From: Pseudomonadota bacterium
GTDB taxonomy: Bacteria > Pseudomonadota > Gammaproteobacteria > Burkholderiales > JABEVD01
NCBI GenBank assembly: GCA_021848705.1
Contig: JAJZTT010000002.1
Coordinates: 1 to 45,012, forward strand
Reading direction: 5' to 3'
Length of the DNA stretch: 45,012 nucleotides
The notes below the pieces were generated by a model. The model made no database searches. It had not been told where the DNA came from and was given only the letters and a program-made list of their open reading frames with translations. Positions 17,618 through 27,634 of this stretch are shown here, piece after piece (the stretch's first letter is position 1; each line of letters opens with the position of its first letter). The translations under genes were made by a program, and so were the position numbers.

Positions 17618-18437
17618 CGCATTGACTGTCGATGTGGAGGATTATTTCCAGGTCTCCGCCTTCGAGCATCACATTGCCCGTACGGACTGGGAGAAGCTTC
17701 CCTGCAGGGTGGAACGGAACATGGATGTCATCCTGTCCATGCTGGACGAACGCGGCATCGCCGCGACCTTCTTCACCCTGGGCTGGATCGCGGAACGATA
17801 TCCAGCCATGGTGAAGCGCATGGCCTCCTGCGGCCACGAGATCGCAAGCCATGGCAGCAGCCATCGCCGGGTTTCCGACCAGAGCCCGGAACAATTCCTG
17901 GAAGACGTGACGAGGAGCAAGGCGCTCATCGAGGATCTCTGCGGGATGGAAGTGAAAGGTTACCGCGCGCCGAGTTTTTCGATCGGCGCCTCCAATCTCT
18001 GGGCACTCGATGTGCTGCAGGAAGCCGGTTACCGCTACAGTTCGAGCATTTATCCGATCGCCCATGATCATTACGGCATGCCGGAAGCACCCCGTTTCGG
18101 ATTCCGCCACGGCGACCTGCTCGAGCTTCCCGCCACGACCATCTCCCTGTTCAACCGCAACCTGCCCGCATCCGGCGGAGGGTATTTCAGATTGCTTCCC
18201 TATTCCGTCTCGCGCTGGATGATGCACCGGGTGAACGAATCGGACCGGGAGCCCTGCATCTTCTATTTCCATCCCTGGGAAATCGATCCTGAGCAGCCGA
18301 GACAGGAAGGGCTGAATTTCAGGACCCGTTTCCGCCATTACACCCATCTTTCGAGGATGGAAGGAAAAATCAGGCGACTGCTGGGCGATTTCGCATGGGG
18401 CAGGATGGACCGGATTTTCCTGGAGAACGATCAATGA
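17610..18437 (+). CDS. Polysaccharide deacetylase, XrtA-system type
   Basis: ORF 17409..18437 is trimmed to the TTG at 17610 (LRNALTVDVEDYFQ...), because the upstream part overlaps wecB out of frame and contains no ATG. NodB-like DVEDYF, FFTLGW and GHEIASHG motifs. The start codon is inferred. Confidence 0.82.
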   Translation: MRNALTVDVEDYFQVSAFEHHIARTDWEKLPCRVERNMDVILSMLDERGIAATFFTLGWIAERYPAMVKRMASCGHEIASHGSSHRRVSDQSPEQFLEDVTRSKALIEDLCGMEVKGYRAPSFSIGASNLWALDVLQEAGYRYSSSIYPIAHDHYGMPEAPRFGFRHGDLLELPATTISLFNRNLPASGGGYFRLLPYSVSRWMMHRVNESDREPCIFYFHPWEIDPEQPRQEGLNFRTRFRHYTHLSRMEGKIRRLLGDFAWGRMDRIFLENDQ

Positions 18438-19462
18438 CCCTTTCCGTGCGAAAAATGCAGGCCGCCGATCGCAAGACCTGGGATGATTTCGTCCTTTCCT
18501 GCCAGGAGGCCACCTTTTTCCATCGATCCGGATGGCAGGAAGTCATCGAAAGGGCCTTCGGTCACCAGACCTGTTTCCTGCTCGCAGAAAGGGATGGAAA
18601 AATCGAGGGCATCCTGCCGCTTGCCAGGATCAGGCATTTTTATTTCGGCCATTCCCTTTCCTCGCTCCCGTTCTGCGTGTACGGCGGCATCGCGGCCTGT
18701 TCCGATGAAGCGAAAATCGCCCTCGATCTCGAAGCGCAGAAAATGGCATCCGAACTGCAGGTCGATTACCTCGAATACCGCAATGTGCGGAAGCAGCACG
18801 ATGACTGGCCTTCCAGGGATCTTTATGTCACTTTCCGCAAGGAAATCGATCCCGATGTAGAGCAGAACATGAAGAACATCCCGAGAAAACAGCGGGCAAT
18901 GGTGAGAAGCGGCATCAAGCACGGCTTGCAAAGCGAAATCGACGAAAACGCCGGACGCTTTTTCGAAGTATTCGCAGACAACATGCTGCGGCACGGCACT
19001 CCGGCATTGCCGAAACGATACTTCTCGCTGCTTTTCGAGGTATTCGGCAAGGATTGCGAAGTGCTTTCCGTCACCCATCAGGGAGAAGTGGTGAGCAGCG
19101 TGCTTTCCTTCCATTTCAGGGATGAAGTGCTCCCCTATTATGCCGGAGACACCGTGAAGGCGAGATCGCTCGCAGCGAACGACTTCAAGTACTGGGAGCT
19201 CATGAGGCGTTCCTGCGAGCGCGGAATCAGGGTTTTCGATTACGGACGCAGCAAGCGCGGCACCGGTTCCTTCGACTTCAAGAAGAACTGGGGGTTCGAG
19301 CCCTCCCCCCTCCATTACGAATACCAGTTGCACCGCGCGACAAGCGTTCCGGAACAGAACCCGCTCAATCCGAAATACCAGCTTTTCATCAAGGCCTGGA
19401 GGAAGCTGCCATTATCGGTCGCCAACTTCATCGGCCCGCATATCGTGAAATATCTGGGATGA
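18434..19462 (+). CDS. FemAB-family protein, PEP-CTERM-system associated
   Basis: ORF trimmed to the ATG at 18434 (MTLSVRKMQ...), which forms an ATGA overlap with the deacetylase stop. FemAB/GNAT-like features: FFHRSGW, ANDFKYWELM, FDYGRSKRGTGSFDFKKNWGF. Confidence 0.82.
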   Translation: MTLSVRKMQAADRKTWDDFVLSCQEATFFHRSGWQEVIERAFGHQTCFLLAERDGKIEGILPLARIRHFYFGHSLSSLPFCVYGGIAACSDEAKIALDLEAQKMASELQVDYLEYRNVRKQHDDWPSRDLYVTFRKEIDPDVEQNMKNIPRKQRAMVRSGIKHGLQSEIDENAGRFFEVFADNMLRHGTPALPKRYFSLLFEVFGKDCEVLSVTHQGEVVSSVLSFHFRDEVLPYYAGDTVKARSLAANDFKYWELMRRSCERGIRVFDYGRSKRGTGSFDFKKNWGFEPSPLHYEYQLHRATSVPEQNPLNPKYQLFIKAWRKLPLSVANFIGPHIVKYLG

Positions 19463-20634
19463 AGGAGAACCTGCTCTATCTGGTACACAGGATCCCCTTC
19501 CCCCCGAACAAGGGGGACAAGATCCGTTCCTTTCATCTGCTGGAATATCTTTCGAAAAGATACAATGTTTATCTGGGAACATTCATAGACGATCCGGAAG
19601 ACTGGAAATACCGGCAGGAGGTGGAGAAATTCTGCAGCGAATGCTGCATTCTCGAACTCGAACCCAAAGCGGCCAGACTGAAAAGCCTCTCCGGACTCTT
19701 CACCGGCAGCGCACTTTCCCTCCCCTACTACCGGAACCGCATGCTCGAAACCTGGGTCGGGAACCGGATCAGGGAAAGAAGGATCGGCAAAACCGTGGTT
19801 TTTTCATCGCCGATGGCCCAGTATGTCGAAAAGCACGGGGAAATGCTGAGAATCATGGATTTCGTCGACGTGGATTCCGACAAGTGGAAGCAATATTCCG
19901 ATTCCTGCTCCTTTCCGTCGAATCTGATCTACGCGAGGGAAGGCAGGAGGCTCGAAGATTACGAGCGAAAAATCGCTGCCGAATTCGACGCATCCTTCTT
20001 CGTTTCGGAACAGGAGGCCGAACATTTCAGGAAGATCGCGCCGGAATCCTCTCGAAAAATCCATGACTATCCGAACGGAGTGAATGCGGACTATTTCTCG
20101 CCGGAAAGGGAATATGAAAACCCCTATCCTCCAGGGGAAGGCGTACTGGTCTTCACAGGAGCCATGGATTACCGCCCCAACATCGATGCCGTCCTGTGGT
20201 TCGCAGAGGAAGTTTTTCCGAAGCTGCCAGGAACGAGATTCTACATCGTCGGTTCCAATCCAGCCGATGCGGTCAGAAGCCTTTCCGGAAGACCGGGGAT
20301 CCATGTCACAGGGCGGGTCGCGGATGTCCGTCCCTATCTCGCCCATGCAAGGCTCGCGGTGGCACCACTCAGGATCGCAAGGGGGATCCAGAACAAGGTG
20401 CTGGAGGCACTCGCCATGGGGAAAATGGTTGCCGCCTCCCCGCAGGCGATGGAAGGCATTCCCGATAACGATGGATGCACGGTTTGCGCCGATGCACAGG
20501 AGTTTGTGCGATCGATCGAAAAAATGCTCGATTCAGGTTCCGATGACAGGAGGGGGCGCGAATTCGTCCTTCGCCATTTCGACTGGCAAAGTAATCTTGA
20601 AAGGCTCTCTTCCCATCTCGCGGGGACTCCATGA
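19459..20634 (+). CDS. Glycosyltransferase, PEP-CTERM/EpsH1-system associated (stp1 type)
   Basis: ATGA overlap with the upstream gene. The N-terminus LLYLVHRIPFPPNKGDKIRSFHLLEYL matches my memory of this family. GT-B C-terminal region: PLRIARGIQNKVLEALAMGK. Confidence 0.85.
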   Translation: MKENLLYLVHRIPFPPNKGDKIRSFHLLEYLSKRYNVYLGTFIDDPEDWKYRQEVEKFCSECCILELEPKAARLKSLSGLFTGSALSLPYYRNRMLETWVGNRIRERRIGKTVVFSSPMAQYVEKHGEMLRIMDFVDVDSDKWKQYSDSCSFPSNLIYAREGRRLEDYERKIAAEFDASFFVSEQEAEHFRKIAPESSRKIHDYPNGVNADYFSPEREYENPYPPGEGVLVFTGAMDYRPNIDAVLWFAEEVFPKLPGTRFYIVGSNPADAVRSLSGRPGIHVTGRVADVRPYLAHARLAVAPLRIARGIQNKVLEALAMGKMVAASPQAMEGIPDNDGCTVCADAQEFVRSIEKMLDSGSDDRRGREFVLRHFDWQSNLERLSSHLAGTP

Positions 20635-22142
20635 GTCCGGACTGGAAACAGGCCGTCGCCGGATTGATCCTTGCCTTTGCAGCGATCTTCTGGCTCAACG
20701 CGGAAGTGATCCGCTTCACGGTCCATATCTGGACCTACAATGAAACCTACACGCACGGTTATCTGATCTACCCGATCAGCGCCTGGCTGATTTGGAGAAA
20801 GCGCGCCATCCTGGCCGAAATGAGGCCGCAGCCTGAATATTCCGGCCTCCTGCTCATGCTGCTCTGCAGCCTCGCATGGCAGCTCGGCCACCAGGCCGAC
20901 ACCATGGTGGTCGAGCAGTATTCCATGATCGGCATGCTGGCTGCCTCGATCTGGACGCTACTGGGCAAAAAAATTTCGAAACAGATTTCCTTTCCGGTTT
21001 TTTTCCTGTTCCTTTCCGTTCCCATCGGAGATGCATTCATTCCCTGGCTGATGGATTTCACCGCTGATTTCACCGTGAAGGCATTGCAGATGACGGGAAT
21101 CCCGGTTTTCAGGGAAGGCACCTTCTTCAGCCTCCCGGACGGAAACTGGTCGGTGGTGGAGGCCTGCAGCGGACTGCGTTACCTGATCTCCTCGCTCACC
21201 CTCGGCATCCTGTACGCCTATCTCACCTACAGGAGCCTCACCAGAAAACTGCTCTTCGTCGTCATTTCCGGAATCGTTCCGATCTTCGCAAACGGTATTC
21301 GCGCCTACATGATCGTGATGATCGGACACCTGTTCGGGATCAAATATGCCACCGGTATAGACCACCTGATTTACGGCTGGCTGTTTTTCGGACTGGTCAT
21401 GCTCCTCCTGTTCTGGATCGGATCCTTCTTCCGTGAACCGGAAGAGGTCCCCCACGGAATCGTCCTGGAAATTGCGGAGGGAAAGCAGCCCGCTTCCGGA
21501 TTTGTCCTGAAGAGCTTCCTGCTCGTCGCGATTTCCGCCTTTTGCGGAATCTATTCCGTTGCGCTCGACAAAATCATCGACACCCCTCATGCCGTCATGC
21601 TGGCTACGCCGGAAGTCCCGGGATGGGAAAGCCATCCTGGTCCGCTCTACGACTGGACTCCGCATTTCCTGGGAAGCAGGGCAACACTCTCGACTCATTT
21701 CGAGAAAGACGGACTGCCCGTCTCTCTCTACGTGGGCTATTACCGAAACCAGCACCAGGATGCGGAGCTCGTCACCTCCACCAACCGTCTGGTCGAGAGC
21801 CGGGATCCGATATGGGGAAATATCGGGGAGACCGGGCGGAAAGTCTCTCTGGACGGGAATGAAATTCCCGTCATTCAGGCAAGACTGAAATCCGCGAATC
21901 ATCATCTCCTGGTCTGGAGCTGGTACTGGATCGACGGAAAATGGGTTTCGAACCCCTACGTTGCCAAGTTTCTCGAAGCCGAATCGAAGATGATTTCGAA
22001 AAGGGACGACGCTGCAGTGATCGTTGTAGCAGCCCCCTATCAGAACCCGGATGAAACCGCTGAAAAATCCATTCGGGCGTTCCTGGCCGCCTCCCTCCCC
22101 GGGATCCGCAAAATGCTGAAAGGCGCTGCCGGCGAACCATGA
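20631..22142 (+). CDS. xrtA: Exosortase A (XrtA) fused to a C-terminal EpsI-family domain
   Basis: 503 aa. Exosortase signature residues by my count: Cys179 in VVEACSGLRYL, Arg224 in ANGIRAY, His245 in IDHLIYGWLFF. A multi-pass membrane N-terminal portion of ~285 aa is followed by ~200 aa of EpsI-like periplasmic domain (WTPHFLGSRA...LYVGYYRNQ...ELVTSTN). Confidence 0.9.
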   Translation: MSPDWKQAVAGLILAFAAIFWLNAEVIRFTVHIWTYNETYTHGYLIYPISAWLIWRKRAILAEMRPQPEYSGLLLMLLCSLAWQLGHQADTMVVEQYSMIGMLAASIWTLLGKKISKQISFPVFFLFLSVPIGDAFIPWLMDFTADFTVKALQMTGIPVFREGTFFSLPDGNWSVVEACSGLRYLISSLTLGILYAYLTYRSLTRKLLFVVISGIVPIFANGIRAYMIVMIGHLFGIKYATGIDHLIYGWLFFGLVMLLLFWIGSFFREPEEVPHGIVLEIAEGKQPASGFVLKSFLLVAISAFCGIYSVALDKIIDTPHAVMLATPEVPGWESHPGPLYDWTPHFLGSRATLSTHFEKDGLPVSLYVGYYRNQHQDAELVTSTNRLVESRDPIWGNIGETGRKVSLDGNEIPVIQARLKSANHHLLVWSWYWIDGKWVSNPYVAKFLEAESKMISKRDDAAVIVVAAPYQNPDETAEKSIRAFLAASLPGIRKMLKGAAGEP

Positions 22143-23263
22143 ATCCCCCGCTGATCGCGCATGTCATTTTCAGACTCGACATCGGAGGTCTGGAGAACGG
22201 GCTGGTCAACCTGATCAACCTGATCCCGGAAGATCGCTACCGGCACGCCATCCTCTGCATGAACGGATATTCCGATTTCAGGTTGAGGATCAAAAGACCC
22301 GATGTCGAAATCCTGGACCTGAAAAAGCGCGAAGGGCAGGACCCGCAAATGCATCTCAGGCTGTACAAGGCATTGAAATCGCTCCGACCCGACATCCTGC
22401 ACACCCGGAACCTCTGCACGATGGAAGCAGCCCCCACTGCAGCGCTCGCAGGGGTGAAATTGAGGATACACGGCGAACATGGGCGGGACATGAGCGATCT
22501 GGACGGTTCCAGCCGCAAATATCGGCTGATCCGGCGCGCCTATGCTCCTTTCGTGCACCATTTCATCGCGCTCTCGCGGGATCTGGAAGGTTACCTCGAA
22601 GAGAAGGTGGGGATTTCTTCAGAAAAAATCACCCAGATCTACAACGGCGTCGACACCGGAAAATTCCATCCGGCCGAAAGAAAAGGTTCTTCCGGGAATC
22701 TGGTTTTCGGCACGGTGGGCAGGATGCAGGCGGTGAAGGATCAGACGACGCTCGCCCGGGCATTCATCAGATTGATCGAAATGGCGCCGCAAATGAAGGA
22801 TCGGGCGAGGCTCGTCATGGTTGGAGACGGGCCGTTGAGACAGGAAGCCGCCGCGCTTCTGGACGAGGCAGGACTCTCCGATCTCGCATGGCTTCCCGGC
22901 GCGAGGGACGACATTCCCGAACAGATGCGAAACCTCGATGTATTCATTCTCCCCTCTCTGGCGGAAGGGATCTCCAACACCATTCTGGAGGCCATGGCGA
23001 GCGGCCTTCCCGTCATCGCAACGAATGTTGGGGGAAACCCTGAACTCGTCGAAGAAGGATTGACCGGATTCCTGGTACCTCCAGCCGACCCCGGGGCCAT
23101 GGCACAATCCATGCTAAGATACCTCGCCGATCCGGCTCTCGTCGCAAGGCAGAGCGTTTCGGCAAAAAAAAGCGCCGACGAGCGGTTCAGCATGCAGGCC
23201 ATGGTCGAATCCTATCTGAATGTTTACGACAGGCAACTTGCCACAAGACGAAAGCGGATATAA
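22139..23263 (+). CDS. Glycosyltransferase (GT4), PEP-CTERM/EpsH1-system associated (stp2 type)
   Basis: ATGA overlap with xrtA. The N-terminus HVIFRLDIGGLENGLVNLINLIPEDRYRH is typical of the family. GT-B E-x7-E region: PSLAEGISNTILEAMASGLPVIAT. Confidence 0.85.
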   Translation: MNPPLIAHVIFRLDIGGLENGLVNLINLIPEDRYRHAILCMNGYSDFRLRIKRPDVEILDLKKREGQDPQMHLRLYKALKSLRPDILHTRNLCTMEAAPTAALAGVKLRIHGEHGRDMSDLDGSSRKYRLIRRAYAPFVHHFIALSRDLEGYLEEKVGISSEKITQIYNGVDTGKFHPAERKGSSGNLVFGTVGRMQAVKDQTTLARAFIRLIEMAPQMKDRARLVMVGDGPLRQEAAALLDEAGLSDLAWLPGARDDIPEQMRNLDVFILPSLAEGISNTILEAMASGLPVIATNVGGNPELVEEGLTGFLVPPADPGAMAQSMLRYLADPALVARQSVSAKKSADERFSMQAMVESYLNVYDRQLATRRKRI

Positions 23264-23265
23264 CA

Positions 23266-25155
23266 ATGTGCGGAATCGCAGGCATTTTCGACATCAAGGG
23301 AAAATCCGAAATCTCCGGAACCATTCTGGAGAAAATGAACCAGTCCCAGTTCCACAGGGGTCCGGACGAAGGCGGAATCCACCTCGAGCCCGGAGTGGGG
23401 CTCGCCCACCGGCGTCTTTCGATCATCGATCTCTCTTCCGGACATCAGCCGCTCTTCAACGAGGATGAAAGCGTGGTGGTGGTCTTCAACGGCGAAATCT
23501 ACAATTTCGTCGATCTCATGCCTGAACTCAAGGCGCTCGGCCACACCTTCAGGACGCACTGCGACACCGAAGTCATCGTGCATGCCTGGGAACAATGGGG
23601 GGAAGCCTGCGTGCACCGCTTCCGGGGCATGTTCGCCTTCGCCCTTTGGGACAGAAAAAAGGAAATCCTGTTCCTGGCAAGGGACAGGATGGGCATCAAG
23701 CCCCTCTACTACAGCCTGCTTCCCGACGGCCAGTTCATTTTCGGCTCGGAGCTGAAGGCGCTGAAGGCCCACCCGGGCCTTCCACGAAACCTGGATCCGC
23801 TCGCGATCGAGGAATATTTCGCCTACGGTTATGTCCCGGAGCCCCGGACCATCTATATCGGCACCTTCAAGCTGCCTCCCGGTCACACCCTCACCCTGTT
23901 CAGGGGCCGTCCCCTGCACAATCCGGTGCAATACTGGGACATTCCTTTCGAACCGAACCGGGCGATCAGCGAGGCCGATGCCGGAGTCGAGCTCATCGCA
24001 AGACTGAAGGAGGCCGTGGACATCCGCATGATCGCTGAAGTGCCGCTCGGCGCCTTTCTTTCCGGAGGGGTGGATTCCGGCGCAGTGGTCGCGATGATGG
24101 CTGAACTTTCGAAAGACCCGGTCAACACCTGCTCGATCGCCTTCGGAGACCCCAGGTTCAACGAGGCGGAATATGCCGAAAAAGTGGCGAACCGATACCA
24201 TACCCGGCACAGCGTCGAGGAAGTTTCGCCGGAAGATTTCGAACTTCTCGACCGGCTCGCCGGGCTTTATGACGAGCCTTACGCAGACAGCTCCGCGCTC
24301 CCCACCTACCGCGTCTGTGAACTGGCGAAAAAGCGCGTCACGGTGGCGCTTTCCGGAGACGGAGGGGACGAAAATCTCGCAGGCTACCGGCGTTACCGCT
24401 TCCACATGATGGAAGAAAAAATGAGGTCGCTCCTGCCGCCCGGAATCCGCCGGCCCCTCTTCGGGTTCCTGGGCCGGATCTATCCCAAGGCCGACTGGGC
24501 CCCACGCGTATTCCGTGCAAAAACCACCTTCGAGGCACTCTCCAGGGACTCCGTGGAAGGCTATTTCCACAGCGTTTCGATCCTGTCCAGCGGATTGCGC
24601 AGGCGCCTCTTCAGTCAATCATTCCTGAACAGCCTGCAGGGTTACGAAGCGGTCGAAGTGCTGAAACAGCACGCAAAAAATTCTCCGACGGAAGATGCGC
24701 TCTCCCTCATCCAGTATCTCGACATGAAAACCTATCTTCCGGGCGACATTCTCACCAAGGTCGATCGTGCCAGCATGGCGCATGCGCTGGAAGTCAGGGT
24801 TCCGCTTCTGGATCACAAGCTCGTCGAATGGATATCCGGCCTTCCCCCCCATTTCAAGCTGAATGGCGGCGAAGGAAAATACATCTTCAAGAAGGCGCTC
24901 TCGGGCCATCTTCCCGATGAAATCCTCTACCGCCCGAAAATGGGGTTCGCCGTGCCGCTTGCGAACTGGTTCAGGGGACCGCTCAGGGAAAGGATGAAGG
25001 ATGCGTTGCTGGGCGAGCGTCTTCTCGACAGCGGAATTTTCGACCGGAAATTCCTGGAACACCTGGTCGAGGAACATGCAGCCGGCCGCCGCGATTACAG
25101 CGCGCCGATCTGGTCGCTGCTGATGTTCGATTCCTTCCTCAATCTGGAAAACTGA
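23266..25155 (+). CDS. Asparagine synthase (glutamine-hydrolysing) homologue, exosortase-A-associated amidotransferase
   Basis: 629 aa. Starts MCGIAGIF (Ntn amidotransferase Cys2). Synthetase-domain PP-loop LSGGVDSGAV. Confidence 0.9.
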   Translation: MCGIAGIFDIKGKSEISGTILEKMNQSQFHRGPDEGGIHLEPGVGLAHRRLSIIDLSSGHQPLFNEDESVVVVFNGEIYNFVDLMPELKALGHTFRTHCDTEVIVHAWEQWGEACVHRFRGMFAFALWDRKKEILFLARDRMGIKPLYYSLLPDGQFIFGSELKALKAHPGLPRNLDPLAIEEYFAYGYVPEPRTIYIGTFKLPPGHTLTLFRGRPLHNPVQYWDIPFEPNRAISEADAGVELIARLKEAVDIRMIAEVPLGAFLSGGVDSGAVVAMMAELSKDPVNTCSIAFGDPRFNEAEYAEKVANRYHTRHSVEEVSPEDFELLDRLAGLYDEPYADSSALPTYRVCELAKKRVTVALSGDGGDENLAGYRRYRFHMMEEKMRSLLPPGIRRPLFGFLGRIYPKADWAPRVFRAKTTFEALSRDSVEGYFHSVSILSSGLRRRLFSQSFLNSLQGYEAVEVLKQHAKNSPTEDALSLIQYLDMKTYLPGDILTKVDRASMAHALEVRVPLLDHKLVEWISGLPPHFKLNGGEGKYIFKKALSGHLPDEILYRPKMGFAVPLANWFRGPLRERMKDALLGERLLDSGIFDRKFLEHLVEEHAAGRRDYSAPIWSLLMFDSFLNLEN

Positions 25156-25156
25156 G

Positions 25157-26368
25157 ATGCGCATCCTGCATGTCCTTGATCACTCGATTCCTCTCCACAG
25201 CGGCTACACTTTTCGCACCCTTTCGATCCTGAAGGCGCAGCGCGAACTCGGCTGGGAAACCTTCCATCTCACAGGGGAAAAACAGGGTGAATGCAGGGCT
25301 TCCGAAGAATCCGTGGATGGCTGGCATTTTTTCCGAACCAAAAAACAGCAGGGCATTCTTTCCCGGATCCCGCTCGGAAACCAGATCGCCGTCATGAAGG
25401 GATTGAAGGAGCGGCTTTTCGAAGTCGTGGAGAAAGTCAGGCCCGACATCCTTCATGCGCATTCCCCCTCGCTCAATGTATTCCCGGCCATCGACGCGGG
25501 AAAAAAATTCGGCATCCCGGTCATTTACGAAGTGCGGGCATTCTGGGAAGACGCTGCGGTCGATCACGGCTCGACCAGGGAAGGGAGTCTCCGTTACAAC
25601 ATCACCCGGATGATGGACACGCATGCATTTCGCAAAGTCGATGCGGTCACCACCATCTGCGAGGGGCTGAGGCAGGATATCGTCGCGCGCGGCATCCCTG
25701 CCGAAAAGGTGACCGTGATCCCCAATGCGGTCGACATAGAGAAATTCTCCCCCCATGGAAAAGCCGACCCTGAACTCGCAACAAGTCTCGGTTTGCATGG
25801 AAAAAAAGTGATCGGTTTTGCCGGTTCTTTTTACGCCTACGAAGGGCTTTCCCTGCTGATCGAAGCGCTCCCCATGATGCTCGAAAGAAATCCGGACGTG
25901 GCCATCCTGCTGGTGGGAGGAGGACCGCAGGAAGAAGCATTGAAAAGGCAGGCAACTCCTTTCGGCGCCCGGGTGGTCTTCACGGGAAGGGTTCCGCACG
26001 ACAAGGTCGGGGATTACTATGACCTCATCGACCTTCTGGTCTATCCGAGGCTTTCGATGCGACTCACAGAACTCGTCACGCCGCTCAAGCCACTGGAAGC
26101 CATGGCACTTGGCAAACTGGTGCTGGCATCCAATGTCGGCGGACACCGGGAACTCGTCAGGAACGATGAAACCGGACTGCTTTTCAGGGCGGGAAATGCG
26201 AAGGATCTTGCGGAAAAAGCGCTCGATCTGCTTGGCGACGAGGAAAAATGCAGGCATCTGCGCGTCGAAGGACGCAGCTTCGTCGAAAAGGAAAGAAACT
26301 GGAAGGCGAGCGTGACGCGTTATGCCCCGCTTTACGAATCCCTCCTCAAGAGGAAGCATCATGAATGA
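25157..26368 (+). CDS. Glycosyltransferase (GT4), PEP-CTERM/exosortase-A-associated, Daro_2409-like
   Basis: 403 aa. N-terminus MRILHVLDHSIPLHSGYTFRT. C-terminal LKPLEAMALGKLVLASNVGGHRELV. Confidence 0.82.
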   Translation: MRILHVLDHSIPLHSGYTFRTLSILKAQRELGWETFHLTGEKQGECRASEESVDGWHFFRTKKQQGILSRIPLGNQIAVMKGLKERLFEVVEKVRPDILHAHSPSLNVFPAIDAGKKFGIPVIYEVRAFWEDAAVDHGSTREGSLRYNITRMMDTHAFRKVDAVTTICEGLRQDIVARGIPAEKVTVIPNAVDIEKFSPHGKADPELATSLGLHGKKVIGFAGSFYAYEGLSLLIEALPMMLERNPDVAILLVGGGPQEEALKRQATPFGARVVFTGRVPHDKVGDYYDLIDLLVYPRLSMRLTELVTPLKPLEAMALGKLVLASNVGGHRELVRNDETGLLFRAGNAKDLAEKALDLLGDEEKCRHLRVEGRSFVEKERNWKASVTRYAPLYESLLKRKHHE

Positions 26369-27542
26369 TCCCGTCAGGCTGCTCACTTTCAGCACGCTCT
26401 ATCCCAATTCGGTCTCCCCTCGTCACGGCATTTTCGTCGAAACCCGACTGAGGCAGCTCATATCGAGCGGGGGGGTGGAAGCCAAGGTGATCGCCCCGGT
26501 CCCCTGGTTTCCGCTGAAAAGTCCCGGGTTCGGCAAGTATGCGGACTTCGCGAATGTGCCGAACCAGGAAAACCGATACAACATCAATGTATTTCATCCG
26601 CGCTATCCGCTTCTTCCGAAGATCGGGATGAATCTCGCCCCGATCTCGCTCGCGGCAGCCTCCATGCCGATCCTGAAGAAACTGATCGGACAGGGAAGGG
26701 ATTTCGATCTCATCGATGCACATTATTTCTATCCGGACGGGGTTGCGGCCGCATTCATCGCGAAGCAGCTCGGCAAGCCCTTCGTCATCACCGCACGCGG
26801 CTCGGACGTCACCCTCATCCCGCAATACAGCCTCCCGAGGAAAATGATTCTCTGGGCGGCAAATCAGGCTTCTGCAATCATCACGGTGAGTTCGGCCCTG
26901 AAGGACAACCTGACCGAAATCGGGGTCGATCCTGAAAAGATCACCGTGCTCAGGAACGGCGTGGACACGGAACTGTTCAGGTCATCCGGTCGCGAGGAAA
27001 CAAGGACTTCTCTGGAGATTTCCGGGCCGCTGCTGCTTTCCGTCGGAAATCTCGTCGGGCACAAGGGGCACGACATCGCCATCCGGGCGCTCTCCCTTCT
27101 TCCGGAAGCGAAGCTTCTCGTCATCGGCGAAGGAGAGGAAAAGACTTCTCTTTCAAAGCTCGCCGAAAGCCTGAAGGTATCAAACCGTGTACTTTTTCTG
27201 GCCAATCTTCCCCAGGAAGAACTGGGGCGATATTACAGTGCGGCAGATGTCCTGGTGCTCGCATCGAGCCGGGAAGGGTGGGCGAACGTTCTGCTGGAAG
27301 CCATGGCTTGCGGCACGCCGGTCGTTGCCTCCAGCGCTGGAGGCAATCCTGAAGTCGTGGCCTGCCGCGAGGCAGGGCGGATCGTTCCGGAAAGAACCCC
27401 GGAAGCATTCGCAGGAGCAATATCGGAACTTCTGGCCAACCCTCCCTCGAGGGAAGCGACCCGGCGATACGCGGAAGATTTCGGCTGGGAAGAAATCAGT
27501 GCGGGCCAGAAAACGCTGTTTTCCTCGATTCTGAAACCGTAA
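26361..27542 (+). CDS. Glycosyltransferase family 4 (GT-B)
   Basis: ORF 26322..27542 is trimmed to the ATG at 26361 (MNDPVRLLTF...), an 8-nt overlap with the upstream gene. Motif: SREGWANVLLEAMACGTPVVASSAGGNPEVV. Confidence 0.82.
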   Translation: MNDPVRLLTFSTLYPNSVSPRHGIFVETRLRQLISSGGVEAKVIAPVPWFPLKSPGFGKYADFANVPNQENRYNINVFHPRYPLLPKIGMNLAPISLAAASMPILKKLIGQGRDFDLIDAHYFYPDGVAAAFIAKQLGKPFVITARGSDVTLIPQYSLPRKMILWAANQASAIITVSSALKDNLTEIGVDPEKITVLRNGVDTELFRSSGREETRTSLEISGPLLLSVGNLVGHKGHDIAIRALSLLPEAKLLVIGEGEEKTSLSKLAESLKVSNRVLFLANLPQEELGRYYSAADVLVLASSREGWANVLLEAMACGTPVVASSAGGNPEVVACREAGRIVPERTPEAFAGAISELLANPPSREATRRYAEDFGWEEISAGQKTLFSSILKP

Positions 27543-27614
27543 CAAAGGGATTCATGTCCGGAAACTATACACCCGGCGCTCCATTCAAAAATCATAAACA
27601 TTGGAATAATTCAT

Positions 27615-27627
27615 AATCAAATAGTTA
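27615..27627 (+). promoter_or_regulatory. Candidate IHF-binding site
   Basis: AATCAAATAGTTA matches the IHF core consensus WATCAANNNNTTR at every specified position. It lies in an AT-rich tract just upstream of the sigma-54 promoter. This is a sequence match only. Confidence 0.35.
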
Positions 27628-27634
27628 CAAACCA

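Noticed and set aside
27554-27616. A 20-codon small ORF (MSGNYTPGAPFKNHKHWNNS) in the spacer before the PEP-CTERM gene.
   Set aside because: It has no SD. It lies upstream of the sigma-54 promoter, so it would not be on that transcript, and it runs through the AT-rich regulatory tract. It is most likely fortuitous.
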